Part shown: piece by piece, positions 38,936 to 53,369 of the stretch
Layout: each line of letters starts with the position of its first letter
Numbering within the stretch: the first letter of the stretch is position 1
Source: Octopus vulgaris
Lineage: Eukaryota
Direction: 5' to 3'
DNA: 64,000 bases
NCBI GenBank assembly: GCA_951406725.2
Contig: OX597830.1
Span: 35,092,001 to 35,156,000 of the forward strand
The notes under the pieces: model-generated
Databases searched by the model: none
What the model saw: the letters and a program-made list of their open reading frames with translations, nothing else
What the model was told of the DNA's origin: nothing
Position numbers and translations under genes: made by a program

Positions 38936-41045
38936 GCAAGGATAACCGCAACACTGGTAAAAATGTCTTGCGAATTTTATTCAGTTACTTTTCTCAGTTA
39001 TAAACTCGTGAAGTCGACATTGTGTTCTATATTCCTGGGGCCGATAAACGTACGTAACCATACAAATAATATGGTCGCTATTTCGTGGGCTATATCTGAT
39101 ACTAGTTGCGATCAGGTACTTTGCGGTAAGAAACGTTTAACACAGGACTATTTCTATACCTTGCAGGCAAAGATTATCTAACAATCACATAATCCAGTAT
39201 TCGGCAGCATAATAAAGTAAAGGATCAATGTATTAAGTAAAAGCTTAATCCAACATGTAGTTTTGTCTCTGTTAGAGATTATTATCAGTATAATAGTTGT
39301 ATTTTACAGCATTCAAATGCTGTGATATGATAGACAGCACAACGTTATATAAAGCAGTGATTTCCCTATTATGTGTACTAGTATTGGCTCCATGAAGAAA
39401 TTTGCTTTGGGGTGGAGATCCAGGTTCAACATTTTTTACAAACAAGGTCTTAATGTTGTTTTTTATATTTATTTTTGTTCTTTGGTCTTTGAGAAGAAAA
39501 TAAACTTCAAGCTACTATTTACAAATTACATTTTACGCAGTTTTCTAAAGCTGAGAAAAGTAAGGAGAGGTGTAAATTTTGATTTTGTACCTGACAAAAG
39601 TTTTATGAGATGCGTCTGCACCTCTACATCACCTCTACTGGGGTTCATGCGCGCTCGAAAGAGACGAGTCTATATGTTTTATTATAATCGCTTTACAGAA
39701 TGAAATTAATTTAGAAACTCTTAAAAATAACTTTATTTTATTAAACACACTAAGGACCTCTCATGGTCTTCAAACGTAGATTTAGGCTTTAAGATATTCT
39801 GACCAAGATATGTGCTCCCTATCCCATTTACGATGACATACTTGTGGGAATTGAGGTTCGTTTCCCTTTTGTCAATTCAGTCAGACTTTAGTATTCGTTC
39901 ATATCGCCAGGCAGATCTGTGTATCGCATTTACCTTGAACCATCTGATAGGGTCCTGAATGAGAAGCAAGAGAGAAGTAGTCATTCAGTTTTATGTTCTC
40001 ATTCATTTGTGATTGATTTCATTGCTCAAATTCTTTCAGTATACTTTCTTCACTCATACGACCGTATGTGGTCCAATTAAAAATACTTTAGCTATTATAA
40101 ATCTGTCATATTCATTTATAAAATGTTATATTTTATATGTAACGGGGTCGAAAATTAATTTTCATAGGGGAAACTTATCCTTAACTATAGTAACGAAATG
40201 TGAAGAGGAGATTAAGAATTAAGGTGATTTGATAGTAGAACGATTATAACATTACAAGGATATTTTGGTAAAACTAAATTGTACTAGAATGAGATAACAG
40301 AATAATGATGTAATAAAGGTATAATGTAGTAATGAGTTGTAATAATAGTAAAATTATTTTATATAGCAGTGTGAAGAAATAAGTTTATTATAGTAGGATA
40401 CAGTACAAAGATATGTTGATAGAATAATTATAAAATTAGATTAATGTCTAACATCTGAATAGAGCGACGTCTAAATAGTACAATGATATGTTGAGAGAAT
40501 GGTTATAACGTTAGATAAAATGCCTTGAATTTAGTAACGTCTGTTTACCTTCTGCTTTCAAACCTAAGTAGGTTTCACGCTGCTTTCTTGTGATGCAATT
40601 GCACATTCAGCTTTTAAGACTTTCACGAAATCTCACTTGTGCTCTTCAAACATCAGGGGAGTATAAAGAACATATTAGTTAAGTAATCGATTTAATACTC
40701 AACTAATTACAACATCGCAAAACGAAAAAAATATGTGCTCATTTAGCGATGCTACGAATCAATATTAGAATTAACCAAAATGGAACAAACTTCAAAACGA
40801 AAAAAAAATATTGCTACATTAACATTGTAAACTTATATAGACACACATCTTCAGACTTCTGACCCGCACAAAAATAGATTTAGGGGAATACTAATAACCA
40901 TACCCGGCATTAGCAATATACATCGGAATGGGTACATAAAGGATAAATCAGTGAACTGGATACGTTTGAAATTCCTACTGAGTCATCACGTTCGTATGTA
41001 CATTGCTATTTCGCCGGCATTGAACCTGACTTCTATCATTCCAGA

Positions 41046-41048
<3 letters not shown>

Positions 41049-41112
<64 letters not shown>

Positions 41113-41496
41113 ATTATGTTGGATATGTATTAGATATATTAGATATGTATTAGATATATTAAACCCTTTTCGAGCGATTATGTATCTCCCCTACACAGAT
41201 TATCTCATTCTTAGCAATAGGAAAATCAATATTAATTACTGCTGTTACTTCTACAATTGCTATCACTACGACAAACACAACCTATCATTTGAATCATTAA
41301 GAATATATATATATGCATGTGTGTATGTATATATCTATATATTTACATCATATAGTATGTTGCTAGGTTTCAATTAATATATATATATATATATATGTAT
41401 ATGATATGTATACATACATATATGCATACTTATATGGTCGTTAACATGCATATATCCGTACATACATATGTCTGTGTATATATGCGTGTATATATT

Positions 41497-41557
<61 letters not shown>

Positions 41558-42045
41558 GCACATCATTTCCTTTATTTGATTTCATTTCACAATCAATGTG
41601 CTTTTAATTTTCTGTTGTAAAAATCTCAATCTAATATTTCATCTCTCTCCTCTCATTAACTCTCCATCCCCTCCCTATCCACCCACAAGACTGTTTGGCC
41701 CACCGCATACCTCTCCCCTAATTTCTTTATCCATCTGATATATTCCTCTACTAGCTTCCATACCTATCCATCCATGCCCATTCACACTACCCTGCTTTTT
41801 TGCGCAATCACCCTGCCTATGTACTATGTTTCTCCTTGCTCGTTAAAATGAATTTCTAACAATTCATTTGAATATTTTATCGGTTTGTGTTTCTCCACGT
41901 TTCTATAGTTTCTATACATACTTGCGTATACACAAACACACACGCACACACACAAACACATACACATTCATAAATATATACATACGTACATCTATACATA
42001 CATTCGTATATAGACATATATAAATTATATATATATATAAATTCA

Positions 42046-42083
<38 letters not shown>

Positions 42084-42233
42084 TAAATAATTCAATTTTA
42101 CTTTTGTCTACAAATATATTCCTTGTCGTTTTTGAATAGGAAATATCTTGGAAACAAAGAGCAAAATAAAATAAATGAAACAGAACAAAATAGAAAGGAA
42201 CATTTAAAATTTACATACATACATACATTCATA

Positions 42234-42330
<97 letters not shown>

Positions 42331-43318
42331 ACATATAAACAAATATACAAATAGGCAAAAATTAACAGGAATAAAATAAAAGAGAAAAATCAAAACATCT
42401 GCCATCGCTAAAAATTTTTAATTAACTGAATCTCTATCGAAAGTTATGAAGCAAATTGAAAAACAAAAGTCCAAAAACAAATATCCAACAACACACACAT
42501 TCATTATATATTTATATTTTAATATATATATATATATATATTTAAATCTCTCTCAATCTCTCTCTTTCTCTCCCTCTCTCTGTATATATATGTGTGTGTA
42601 TATATAATTAAATGAAAACAACAGCAAACGTTACAATAAGAACCACCGCAATGCATATGTATTATTAAAGAATGTGTGTGTGTGTGTGTGTGTGTGTATG
42701 CGTATATGTGTGTATATATGTATATATAGACAACTGCAGAAAAGGATTTTTTTTTAATTTATCAACATTAGCAATCATAAGCAGCAAGAAGTACAACAAC
42801 CACAGACAAACACAGTGATTGTAAGTTAATAACAAAAACCACACAATAACACCATCAACAATAACAAGCATGAACATTCAAAAATTTCAAGAGTAATAAA
42901 GGAAAAAATATGTATATATATATATATATATAAGCAAACACTCTCACAGGGACAGATACAGAGACACATACACATGTACATACATACGCAAATAATCAAA
43001 GAATCACACACACACACCCAACACCGGCTTCACAACTAACATCATCATCGTCATTATTATGAAAAACTTCATCATTATTATCATTAGGATAAACTTCAAC
43101 AATTACAGAACGTGCAGACAGAACATACATACGTACGTACATACGTACATACATACGTACGTCCGTATATACAACTCTACATACCATCAGTTGGTATGAA
43201 ACAACGCCAAAGTATTGTGCAGCAAAACAGGAAAAACCAAATTAATATTGTTTTTAACATAATTCTTTGATATTTTGAATAATCAAAGAAATCAAATATG
43301 AATTGTATGTATGTATAC

Positions 43319-43395
<77 letters not shown>

Positions 43396-43553
43396 CATGT
43401 ATATACTTATATATATATACATATCTACACACACATATATATGAATGCGCACAAACATATAGACACGTATAATGATACATACGTATATTTATTCTTTTGT
43501 GTCATTCTTTCTCCCCCACTGATATATTTTTAATATTATTATTATTATTATTA

Positions 43554-43630
<77 letters not shown>

Positions 43631-44063
43631 TCATGTATTATTTTCACCTAACATTAGGCACCATTATCTACATACTCATTATTTGTGCCTGCCATTATTT
43701 TAAAAATCAACATCAACCCCACCACGAACGTCAGCAGCACATCCCCCCCAACCATCGTCCCTTCCCCTACAGCCACCATCATCATCACTACCAGCAGCAT
43801 CAGCAGCAGCATTTATTATTATCATTATTAATAATATCATTAATGCATAAATTTTGTTATTATGGCTTTTTGTTGTTTTGGTGTTGTTCGTTGTTATTTA
43901 ATTTAGCAAGCATGTAATTTCCACACAGGAAAATTAATAATCAAAAATACGTATAAACGCACATATACTTACAAATATTCAACATACACGTATATAGATG
44001 TAAAGAAACATACATACCGAAAGGAGTAAACAAATAGAGATATAATGTAATATAATTTAGCAT

Positions 44064-44105
<42 letters not shown>

Positions 44106-44255
44106 TGGTCGTATATTTCTATCTACACATAAATTTTCCTGCGTATGTCTGAGTGTTACAAACAGACGTAGTACTTGACCAACTAACTGATAACCTCATA
44201 CTTATGCATATACATACATAAATACGTACGTACAAACATATATATATATATATAT

Positions 44256-44306
<51 letters not shown>

Positions 44307-44324
44307 TATATTCTTGTACATACT

Positions 44325-44384
<60 letters not shown>

Positions 44385-44704
44385 TATTGGATCTTTATAT
44401 TTTCTCTAATGAAATTACTTACTAGCTCATTTTGTTTCATGTCGAAAGTTTAAATATTTACCAATTTGTTCGTGGTAAAAGACTCGGAAAGATAAAGAAA
44501 AAAGTATATATAGATATATATGTATATATTATTAAACTAAATTAAATACTTATTTTTAAGTTCTCCACCTTTGTTTTTCTTTTTGTTTTATAACAGTTGT
44601 AAATTTTATAAATTTTTTAAACTTTGTTTATCACGACAAGACTGAAGCAGATTTTTAATAAACGGCAAAACTTACCTTATTCTTGGCAATGTATAATATA
44701 CATG

Positions 44705-44755
<51 letters not shown>

Positions 44756-44850
44756 TATATTATATTATATTATATTATATTATATTATATTATATTATAT
44801 TATATTATATTATATTATAATATATCATATTATATTATATTATATGTATA
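41049..44850. repeat. Region dominated by (TA)n, (TG)n, (ATT)n and (TATAT)n simple repeats with short unique spacers
   Basis: Direct observation. Confidence 0.75.
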
Positions 44851-45655
44851 TAGTGAAGTATGTTAATTGATCTTCGTCTGTTCCAAAAAATTCTTTGTTA
44901 AATTTCAACGTTAAAATATGAACAGTTTCGCTTTTCTTCATTGTTGGTATGCTTGATATTCATGAAGAAAAATGTAGTCCAGAAAATGGTACTCTATATT
45001 AAGTTCTATAATTGTTGTAGTTATATAAACACAGTTATACTACTACTTACATTGTATGTTGCACTCTTAAAAAAAACACTATTACCGGATCGCTGACACA
45101 CCTGAATGAACACACCGAGCTACAAATGCTTCAAAACAGGATTGAACTCCGAACTTTATATTCACTTTCTCAAAACAAATGATAAGATATCTGATTAGTA
45201 TCTAAAACTCAACATCAACTAAAACTAATCAAACATTCACTCTCATTCTAACGACTATGCATTCGTTGGTGAACACCTAAATATGCTACCCAAGAGAAAA
45301 GTTTTATATGCATAAATAAATTCTTATAATTAGCACGAAGCCAAGTGTAATCAATAAAAATTCTTCATAACACGTTAAAATCACAAACTGCTATACCCAC
45401 ATAATTACCATTACACAGAGCTCAACTTGCTCCAGAATTTTTTTGCTTCAAAGAAATTATATGAAGCCAAGTTGAATTCAAACGTATCACAATTCCATGA
45501 TGATTTAGATGGCTGAAACAGCGAAGTCGCTACCAATACTGTGTATATTAAAGTTGTAGTCTACCAACGTATTAAGTAATTCTTCAGCTTAATGTATGAT
45601 CGGTTTCATTTTGACCCCCACACATACATACATGCATATATATACACACATATTC

Positions 45656-45699
<44 letters not shown>

Positions 45700-45704
<5 letters not shown>

Positions 45705-45930
45705 TTAGAGACAAAACCACTATTTTGCAAATCAAACAAAGAAAGACTTAATCCAATACATAAAACAATTTTAATATAAATTAAATAAAATTATATTCGC
45801 CACTACAATTGTTTCATGTCTCTTCTCAGAGTCTCTAATTAATATTATATAATGTTTTGCTATCAAATTGGATTCAATCCTAAATCTGATTTTCCCTGTA
45901 AATTTGGATTTATTCCCTAATATTTATTAT

Positions 45931-45935
<5 letters not shown>
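45700..45935. mobile_element. PLE-like cassette in (TA)n with an internal inversion; same family as 28090-28445
   Basis: 45701-45817 is collinear with 28185-28328 and ends in the GAAACAAUUGUAGUG half of the hammerhead (minus). 45831-45935 is the reverse complement of 28090-28195. Confidence 0.78.
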
Positions 45936-45972
<37 letters not shown>

Positions 45973-46007
45973 GCATATCAATATACATATGTCCGTGTGT
46001 GTGTGTG

Positions 46008-46222
46008 AGTAGTCTGATCAATAAGTATTCGAAGCGTTGCCATATAAACGAAGCTAAAGCGCGCATTTAAAACAAGATATTTTTTTTGTTTTAAATAGAC
46101 ATGACTCTAAGAACAATTACACATTACGAACACCATACGAGTGTAATTCTAACGTCTTTTTAGCTTTTTCCTTTCTTTCCGTACGTCTTGCTACGGACGA
46201 ATACTTTTTGACAACCAGATTC
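46008..46222. mobile_element. Possible internally deleted mariner-like remnant
   Basis: Imperfect terminal inverted repeats TCTGATCAATAAGTATTCG and CGAATACTTTTTGACAACCAGA. Confidence 0.35.
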
Positions 46223-46380
46223 TTAAATTGAATTTATTGTTTTTCTATATGAAACGATCGTATCGCTACATGAATAAAAATAATTTTAATCCATATTAAC
46301 ATCTAATCTCTTCCATTTACGAAAAATATGATTGAATTTGTTGAACTTTGTTTCGATTGTTAAATCATAGACTTAGAATA

Positions 46381-46382
<2 letters not shown>

Positions 46383-46458
<76 letters not shown>

Positions 46459-46463
46459 TATAC

Positions 46464-46553
<90 letters not shown>

Positions 46554-46563
46554 ATATATATAC

Positions 46564-46632
<69 letters not shown>

Positions 46633-46635
46633 TAT
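46383..46635. repeat. (TA)n microsatellite of about 250 bp
   Basis: Direct observation. Confidence 0.95.
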
Positions 46636-46834
46636 AAACTCAAACATTATTTCGACCGCTTTGAAGTAAACAGCGACTATGTGTAAATACCAGACTAATA
46701 TTATATTCGTTTAGATCTACCAAGGCTTACATAGATACATACATTCAGGAATGTATTAATATAATTATATATTTGTGTGTGTGCGCCTGCACGTCTGTGT
46801 TGTGTATGTGTGTATGTACATATATATATATACC

Positions 46835-47050
46835 GTAAGACACCGAGCTGGCAGATACGTTAGCACGTTGGGCGAAATGCCTAGCGGTATTTCGTCTGTC
46901 TTTACTTCTGAGTTCAAATTCCGCCGAGATCGCCTTTGCATTTCTTTCTTTCGGGATCGATAAATTAATTACTAGCTGCGTAGTGCGGTTGATCTAATTG
47001 TATCCTCCCTTCCCCGAAGATTTCGGGTCTTGTGCCTAGTGTGCAAAAGG
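46835..47050 (+). mobile_element. SINE family A
   Basis: Head, body and tail recognisable, diverged. Confidence 0.82.
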
Positions 47051-47112
<62 letters not shown>

Positions 47113-47189
47113 CATCTATGAAGAAATATCTATCTATCTATCTGTTTATTTAACTAGCTGACTCTCTGTGTATATTATTATTATTATTA

Positions 47190-47220
<31 letters not shown>

Positions 47221-47449
47221 AAGACAATGCGAAGAGCGCGATGCATTTGCAATAGATACTTTATTGGTTGAACGATATTTTGGCGGCTAGCTTTCTTTTA
47301 TCGCGTTCAAAATGAAAAGTGATACATAAATATTCCAAATTATAGAAATTGAAAGCCAAATTATGAACGAGGGTAATCAGCGACCCCAGGCTGATGGAAG
47401 AACATCATCAGTGTTTAAGTTTCAAGTTTACAAGTGGCAAAAGAAAAAT

Positions 47450-48550
47450 CAGAGAACAAAAGCGAAAGAAGAAAAAAGAAAGATGAAAAGGAAAAAGATG
47501 AAGAATATGTAATCAAACAGTTTTGTGTAAATATGATGGAATTCTCCTGTCATTTTATTCATTCCTCCTGGGCGTGATGTTAGTAACTTGCAAACATTTG
47601 TCCTCATGCGTTTGAGTACTGAAAGTGTAGCAGATTCACAATAATATCTGAGAATATGCACTTCCAAATCGTTTTCTAAATTTCACCCGTTTGTTCTAAA
47701 ATGCTAGGCAAGTTCTCTCGAACTATTGTTATCGTGCATTGGATCTTTTGTTCAATTTTTCCGTTGCACAACCAATATAAATCATGTCGAGTCTGGTGCA
47801 TTCTGTTGCGTACACAAAATGGGAATCTCTACAGGTCCCACTTTCCGTGTAAATTGTTATGATACCTGGTAGAATTCACTTGACTCATGTTGTTGCACAA
47901 TGAACAGGGCTTACTTATCTTGCGGCTGTTTTCCAAGAAATTCCAATATTGTATTTCTTAGAGTCAGGAATAGAGGTTAATAGTTCTCTTATGTTTCTAT
48001 TCCGTGTAAAGTCTACAAAAGCCGGCTGAGAAAAAAATTTGTTTGAAACGAGGATATTTTTCCGCAAAATGCTGGTAACTTTCATGTAACACTGTCGAAA
48101 TGCTAGCGAAATTTCGGTGACAGTTAATCACTAAAGGAATTCTGTCACATATTGTACTTTGTTTGCTAAAATTATGCGTGAAAGTTTGACTTTCTTTGCA
48201 AATCTTAACTTTGTCATTTGCTATTTCCTTTAATCGTGATTCACTGTAACCCCATTTGACATAATGGTGTATAAAAGCATTTGCATGTTTCCAGTAATCC
48301 TCTATGTCAGTACAGAACCATTTTATCATCAACACTTTTGATTTCGAACTAGACCGAATTACGTGATTTGGATGATCGGAGCGGTGGTGGAGGCAAATGT
48401 GAGATGACGTGGGCTTGCAAAATTACTCAGTCACTATCCTGCCCCGCCAAAACTTTTGTCAAATGATAACTTAAACAGTGATAAGTATTATTTGTCCGAA
48501 TATGTTTGAGGCAGGTTCGAACCGGTAAACAAGCTATTCACTGCATTTTG
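47450..48550 (-). mobile_element. Penelope-like retroelement, decayed RT thumb, linker and GIY-YIG endonuclease
   Basis: In order on the minus strand: KPTSSHICLHHRSDHPNHV, then FC...KWGYSE...DRIPLVINCH (ORF 47997-48335), then CRDSHFVYATECTRLDMIYIG (GIY-YIG), then KLLTSRPGGMN. All fit PLE consensus motifs. Confidence 0.85.
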
Positions 48551-48573
48551 TCACGGAAAATATATCCTTTTAA

Positions 48574-48629
<56 letters not shown>

Positions 48630-48644
48630 TACTACAACTACTAC

Positions 48645-48724
<80 letters not shown>

Positions 48725-48725
48725 G
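48574..48725. repeat. (ATT)n microsatellite
   Basis: Direct observation. Confidence 0.95.
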
Positions 48726-48891
48726 CTACAATATTGCATTCTAATATCAGCTACTTGAACAAGGCTTTTTTTCAAACCAGAATTTGCGATAATCCTGGCC
48801 ACGACAGTTATTGATGGGATTAACTCAGCTCCAGATATGAAACCGATTAATAAATTGGATGGTATGAGAAAATAATGTTATTATATTAATA

Positions 48892-48962
48892 ATATGGCGT
48901 TGTGCTTAAGAGCGCGGGCTACTAACCCCAAGATTCCGAGTTCGATTCTAGGCAATGACCTA

Positions 48963-49042
<80 letters not shown>

Positions 49043-49190
49043 CAACAACATTCTTAGGAATGAGAACCCAGGTTCGAAATTTCCCCAAGACACCTGATGA
49101 AGGCTGGAGGGTATATCAGCCGAAACGTTGTGTTAACAACAAACGAGATGAGGACAAATATCCGTCAAATATAAATAATGTAAATAATGT
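48892..49190 (+). mobile_element. tRNA(Ser-like)-headed SINE with a hammerhead-containing 3' part (family E)
   Basis: A-box-like TGGCGTTGTG, anticodon-like arm GGG-CTACTAA-CCC, B-box GAGTTCGATTC, (AAT)n linker, hammerhead and TAAATAATG tail repeats. TATATTAATA is duplicated at 48882-48891 and 49190-49199. Confidence 0.78.
49089..49134 (+). ncRNA. Minimal type I hammerhead ribozyme
   Basis: GACAC-CUGAUGA-A-GGCUG-(10 nt)-CAGCC-GAAA-CGUU-GUGUU. Intact core, 5-bp stem I, 5-bp stem II, palindrome AACGUU. Confidence 0.85.
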
Positions 49191-49594
49191 ATATTAATAT
49201 GTTTAAAATGTTGACACAATTTATGTTGTTGAGCACCAAATGAAGAAAAGTAAAGCCTACCTCAGCGAGATTTTAGTTTTGCAGTTAAGGTATCACAACA
49301 CGAGACTTCAACATGTCGTCTCACACATTTTACCTATGTATAAGTGTTTGTTTTTAATGGATTTTTAGATAACTCTACACACGGTGGAAAGGTTAGAAAG
49401 TACAACACGAAGACGAGGTAAAAAAAAGAAAGAAACAGAGCTGCCCATGCGGTTATTTTTCATGTAATCCATATTCACATTCTTATCAAATATCCTGCCG
49501 TTATGTAGACAGTTTTTCGCAGCTTTATGTTACATATCACTGACGAAGTACGTAGTTATTTTGTAAAAAAATATGAGTATGGACGGCAGATGTA

Positions 49595-50015
49595 CTCTTT
49601 TCTCTCTTTTACTTGTTTCAGTCATTTTGACTGCGGCCATGCTGGAGCACCGCCTTTTAGTCGAGCAAATCGACCACGGAAACTTATTCTTTGTAAGCCC
49701 AGTACTTATCCTATCAGTCTCTTTTGCCGAACCGTTAAGTGACGGGGACGTAAGCACACCAGCATCGGTTGTCAAGCAATGCTAGGGGGACAAACACAGA
49801 CACACAAACACACACACACACGCATACATATATGTATATATACATATATATGACAGGCTTCTTTCAGTTTCCGTCTACCAACTCCACTCACAAGGCATTG
49901 GTCGGCCCGGGGCTATAGCAGATGACACTTGCCCAAGATGCCACGCAGTGGGACTGAACACGGAACCATGCGGTTGGTTAGCAAGCTACTTACCACACAG
50001 CCACTCCTGCGCCTA
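49595..50015 (-). mobile_element. SINE family B, full length, well preserved
   Basis: Closely matches the reverse complement of 53370-53800. Confidence 0.93.
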
Positions 50016-51129
50016 TATATTAATTCTATACAACAAGATATTGTTTTTGATTGTCCCTCTTTTATGACAATCATTGTTATTGAGCATTCTCGCTAATTCA
50101 TCTTGTGCACAGTATTATTAATATGATATATGTGTATATCCGGACATTTGCGTTTAAGACTTAGTGTACGACATGATTTTATCCTGCAAATTTCAGAGAG
50201 AAGTTATTGATCGACCCGAGTATAAGACAAATGTCCAAAGTACTAATTACCACGCTGCGGGATCGAACACAGGCTCGCTTGTATAGAAACGGTTATGTCT
50301 TATATACTGTTAATTCTGTTTCTATGTATTTTTCTATGAATATGTAATTTGTTCATATGTGCATAATTCAATGTATATACTTCTTTGTGCATCTAAGCAG
50401 CTATATGCTACATGTGAGAATGTGTGCATCAGTGTGGCAACGAGCCTCTGTGTGTGTGTGTGTGTTTGTGTGTGTGTGTATATGTGTGTGAGTGTGTCTG
50501 TTTGTTTTTGCGGTGTTGTGTTTTGTATGTAGTGTCTACAAACAGAATGAATAACCATGTGACATGGATGAATATGCGAATAGATATATATGGTGTGCAT
50601 TCCTTTGTGCAAGATGGTGTGCCTACATACATACATAAACACACATAATAAATAGTGTGTTTGTCTGTGCGGTATCCAGACCCTTCTCTCTCTCTCTCAT
50701 ATATATATGTATGTATATATATATATATAATATATATAAATATATATATATTATATATATATAATATATATTATATATATATATATATATATACTTGCAT
50801 AAATGTGTGTATGTGGTCGTCTTCCTTGTTTTGATTTTTTTATACCTCCTTACATTCTAGTTTATTGTTCTTGTAATTTTACTTGGCAAACTTTGCTTCT
50901 ATTATATACACGTGTGTATGTGTATGTAGGTGTATGTGTGCGTGTGCACGCATGTGTAAGTATGTGTGCGTGCGTGTGTGTGTATTTGGGTGTGTAGGTG
51001 TATGTGTGTGTGTGTGTGTGTGTACATATATATTTCTACTAAGTGTATGTAGATTGATTATTTTTTTTATCGTGACCAATCTTACACGTGCAACGCACCA
51101 TTGGCTAAACTGTGTTCTATAGTGTGTGC

Positions 51130-51218
<89 letters not shown>

Positions 51219-52025
51219 TATATACTTACATATATATGTGTGTGTGTGCATTTATGTATGTATATATGTATTTATATATGTAGGACGAAACTACCAGAAG
51301 AATAGGGTGTATAAAACAACAAAAGCTCGCTGAAGCACAGCCAATAAAGCATTCAAACTCGCAGAGGTTCTTCTCTGGAGACAATAAATTAATCCTCATC
51401 ACTGCAAAGCCTGAAGCTAATGGTAAATATTAACTGTGGGGCCTTTCTTTCTGCTACATCAGTATGCAGACAATGTATCTCTTGTTTAGGGAAGAGATGA
51501 GAAAATCACAACTAGTCCAGTTCACAAATGAATTTTTTTATTTTATTTTATTCTATTATACTTGTGTTGCCGTTTCGGCTGCCTTTGGTGATTGTATATA
51601 ATTCATTGGTGATATGGCTGTTGTTATTGTTGTTGTTATTGTAGTCACTGCTGCAGCTGCTTCTGTGGCTACGGCTGCTTCTACTGCTGCCATTGCAGCA
51701 CTTGTAATACTTGTTGGTTGTTGTTGTTGCTGTTGATTTTTTCGTTGTTGTATTAGCTGAGGTTTCTGTTGATTTTGCTGTTTAGCCCTAGGTCGGACCT
51801 AGTTGGGCAAACCTATGGCAATGTCCATGGTGCTTCAGCTATGACCTTGCCGCATTTCCCCAATATATGTTTTATATTTTACTTGTCTCTGTCACTGAAT
51901 TGAGGCCATGCTGGGTAACCGCTAAGTAACAGGGCAGTAATTATACCAGGAACGCTTATCAAGCAGCGAAGAGAAAAAGCAGAGGCACAAAGACACTTCA
52001 CACACATGCACACATATACATATAC

Positions 52026-52042
52026 AGATAGATAGATATATG

Positions 52043-52079
<37 letters not shown>

Positions 52080-52190
52080 TAGAAAGATAGATAGATAGAA
52101 AGATAGATGGATAGATGGATAGATAGATAGATAGAGAGAGATAGATAGATAGATAGATAGATATAGAGAGAGATAGAAAGATATATAGAT

Positions 52191-52281
<91 letters not shown>

Positions 52282-52348
52282 AAGATACATGGATAGATAG
52301 ATAGACAGAAAGACAGACTGATATATATATATATATATATATGGATAG

Positions 52349-52380
<32 letters not shown>

Positions 52381-52398
52381 CGAGATAAATAGACACAC

Positions 52399-52449
<51 letters not shown>

Positions 52450-52478
52450 CATACAGACAGACAGACAGACAGACAGAC

Positions 52479-52565
<87 letters not shown>
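52026..52565. repeat. (GATA)n/(GACA)n tetranucleotide array
   Basis: Direct observation. It explains the IYLS-repeat ORFs. Confidence 0.97.
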
Positions 52566-52720
52566 GGTAATGACATAGTGCTGTCCTCTGCTATAAGGCC
52601 ATTTTATCTGATTTGGCAAACTCAGTCTGCGACCAGCTAAAATCGTGGAATCCCGAAATATGCAGTTGCCGTGGATATTTAAATGTTCTTAATTGTTCCT
52701 AATACTGTGGCTCATGTACT

Positions 52721-52798
52721 CATCTGATGAAAATGGATTTTATAATCATATAAATCACCCATGAATCAATTAAAAATTTCGTTGGAAACAATTGTAAT
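52721..52798 (+). ncRNA. Hammerhead-like motif with a long, imperfect stem II
   Basis: CAU-CUGAUGA-...-GAAA-CAAUUG-UA-AUG. Stem I CAU/AUG, palindrome ACAAUUGU, GUA triplet. The base of stem II is poorly paired. Confidence 0.5.
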
Positions 52799-52834
52799 GC
52801 ATCGATACCTATCCATCATTTGTGATATATATAT

Positions 52835-53030
52835 ATCGAAACGCGGAGTAGATGACACAGAGACAACTGATGAAGGGGAATGTTCTTTATGTTGCATGTC
52901 TCATTTCTCTGTTTGTTTGTTTTTTCGTTGTTCGAAAAAATGTTCGTTTTCTATGTCTTTATTTTTATGTTTTCGTTTTCTCATTGTGTCTACATTTGTT
53001 TGATGTCCTGTACCCATCTATGCATGTATA
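52835..53030 (+). mobile_element. Repeat family copy homologous to 2880-3050 (PLE-like 3' end)
   Basis: GAAACGCGG...ACAACTGATGAAGGGG...ATGTCCTGTACCCAT followed by TA repeats. Confidence 0.62.
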
Positions 53031-53369
53031 TATATACATATATATATGTAGGTATGTACATATATGTACGCATGTATGTATGTATGCATATATTTATATA
53101 TTATTCATATTATATATATATAGATATATATACAGATGTGCACAGCCACACACATATATATGGTGGTTGTGGCAGTGGGAGGGATGGTGATGGAGTTAGT
53201 GACGATGATGGGGATTTAGTTCCGGATAAATAGTGCTGAAGCGAAACTATGACTAAAGGGTTACCAGCTTTGACTAAACAATCCTTTTCCCGTTGCACAG
53301 GTAAACAAAGATCATATAATACAATGTGTTCATTTTACAAAACAACTATTTCGAAATTTGAAACAGTTA

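Noticed and set aside
51879-52619. Longest ORF (246 aa) and overlapping ORFs
   Set aside because: These are translations of the (TATC)n microsatellite.
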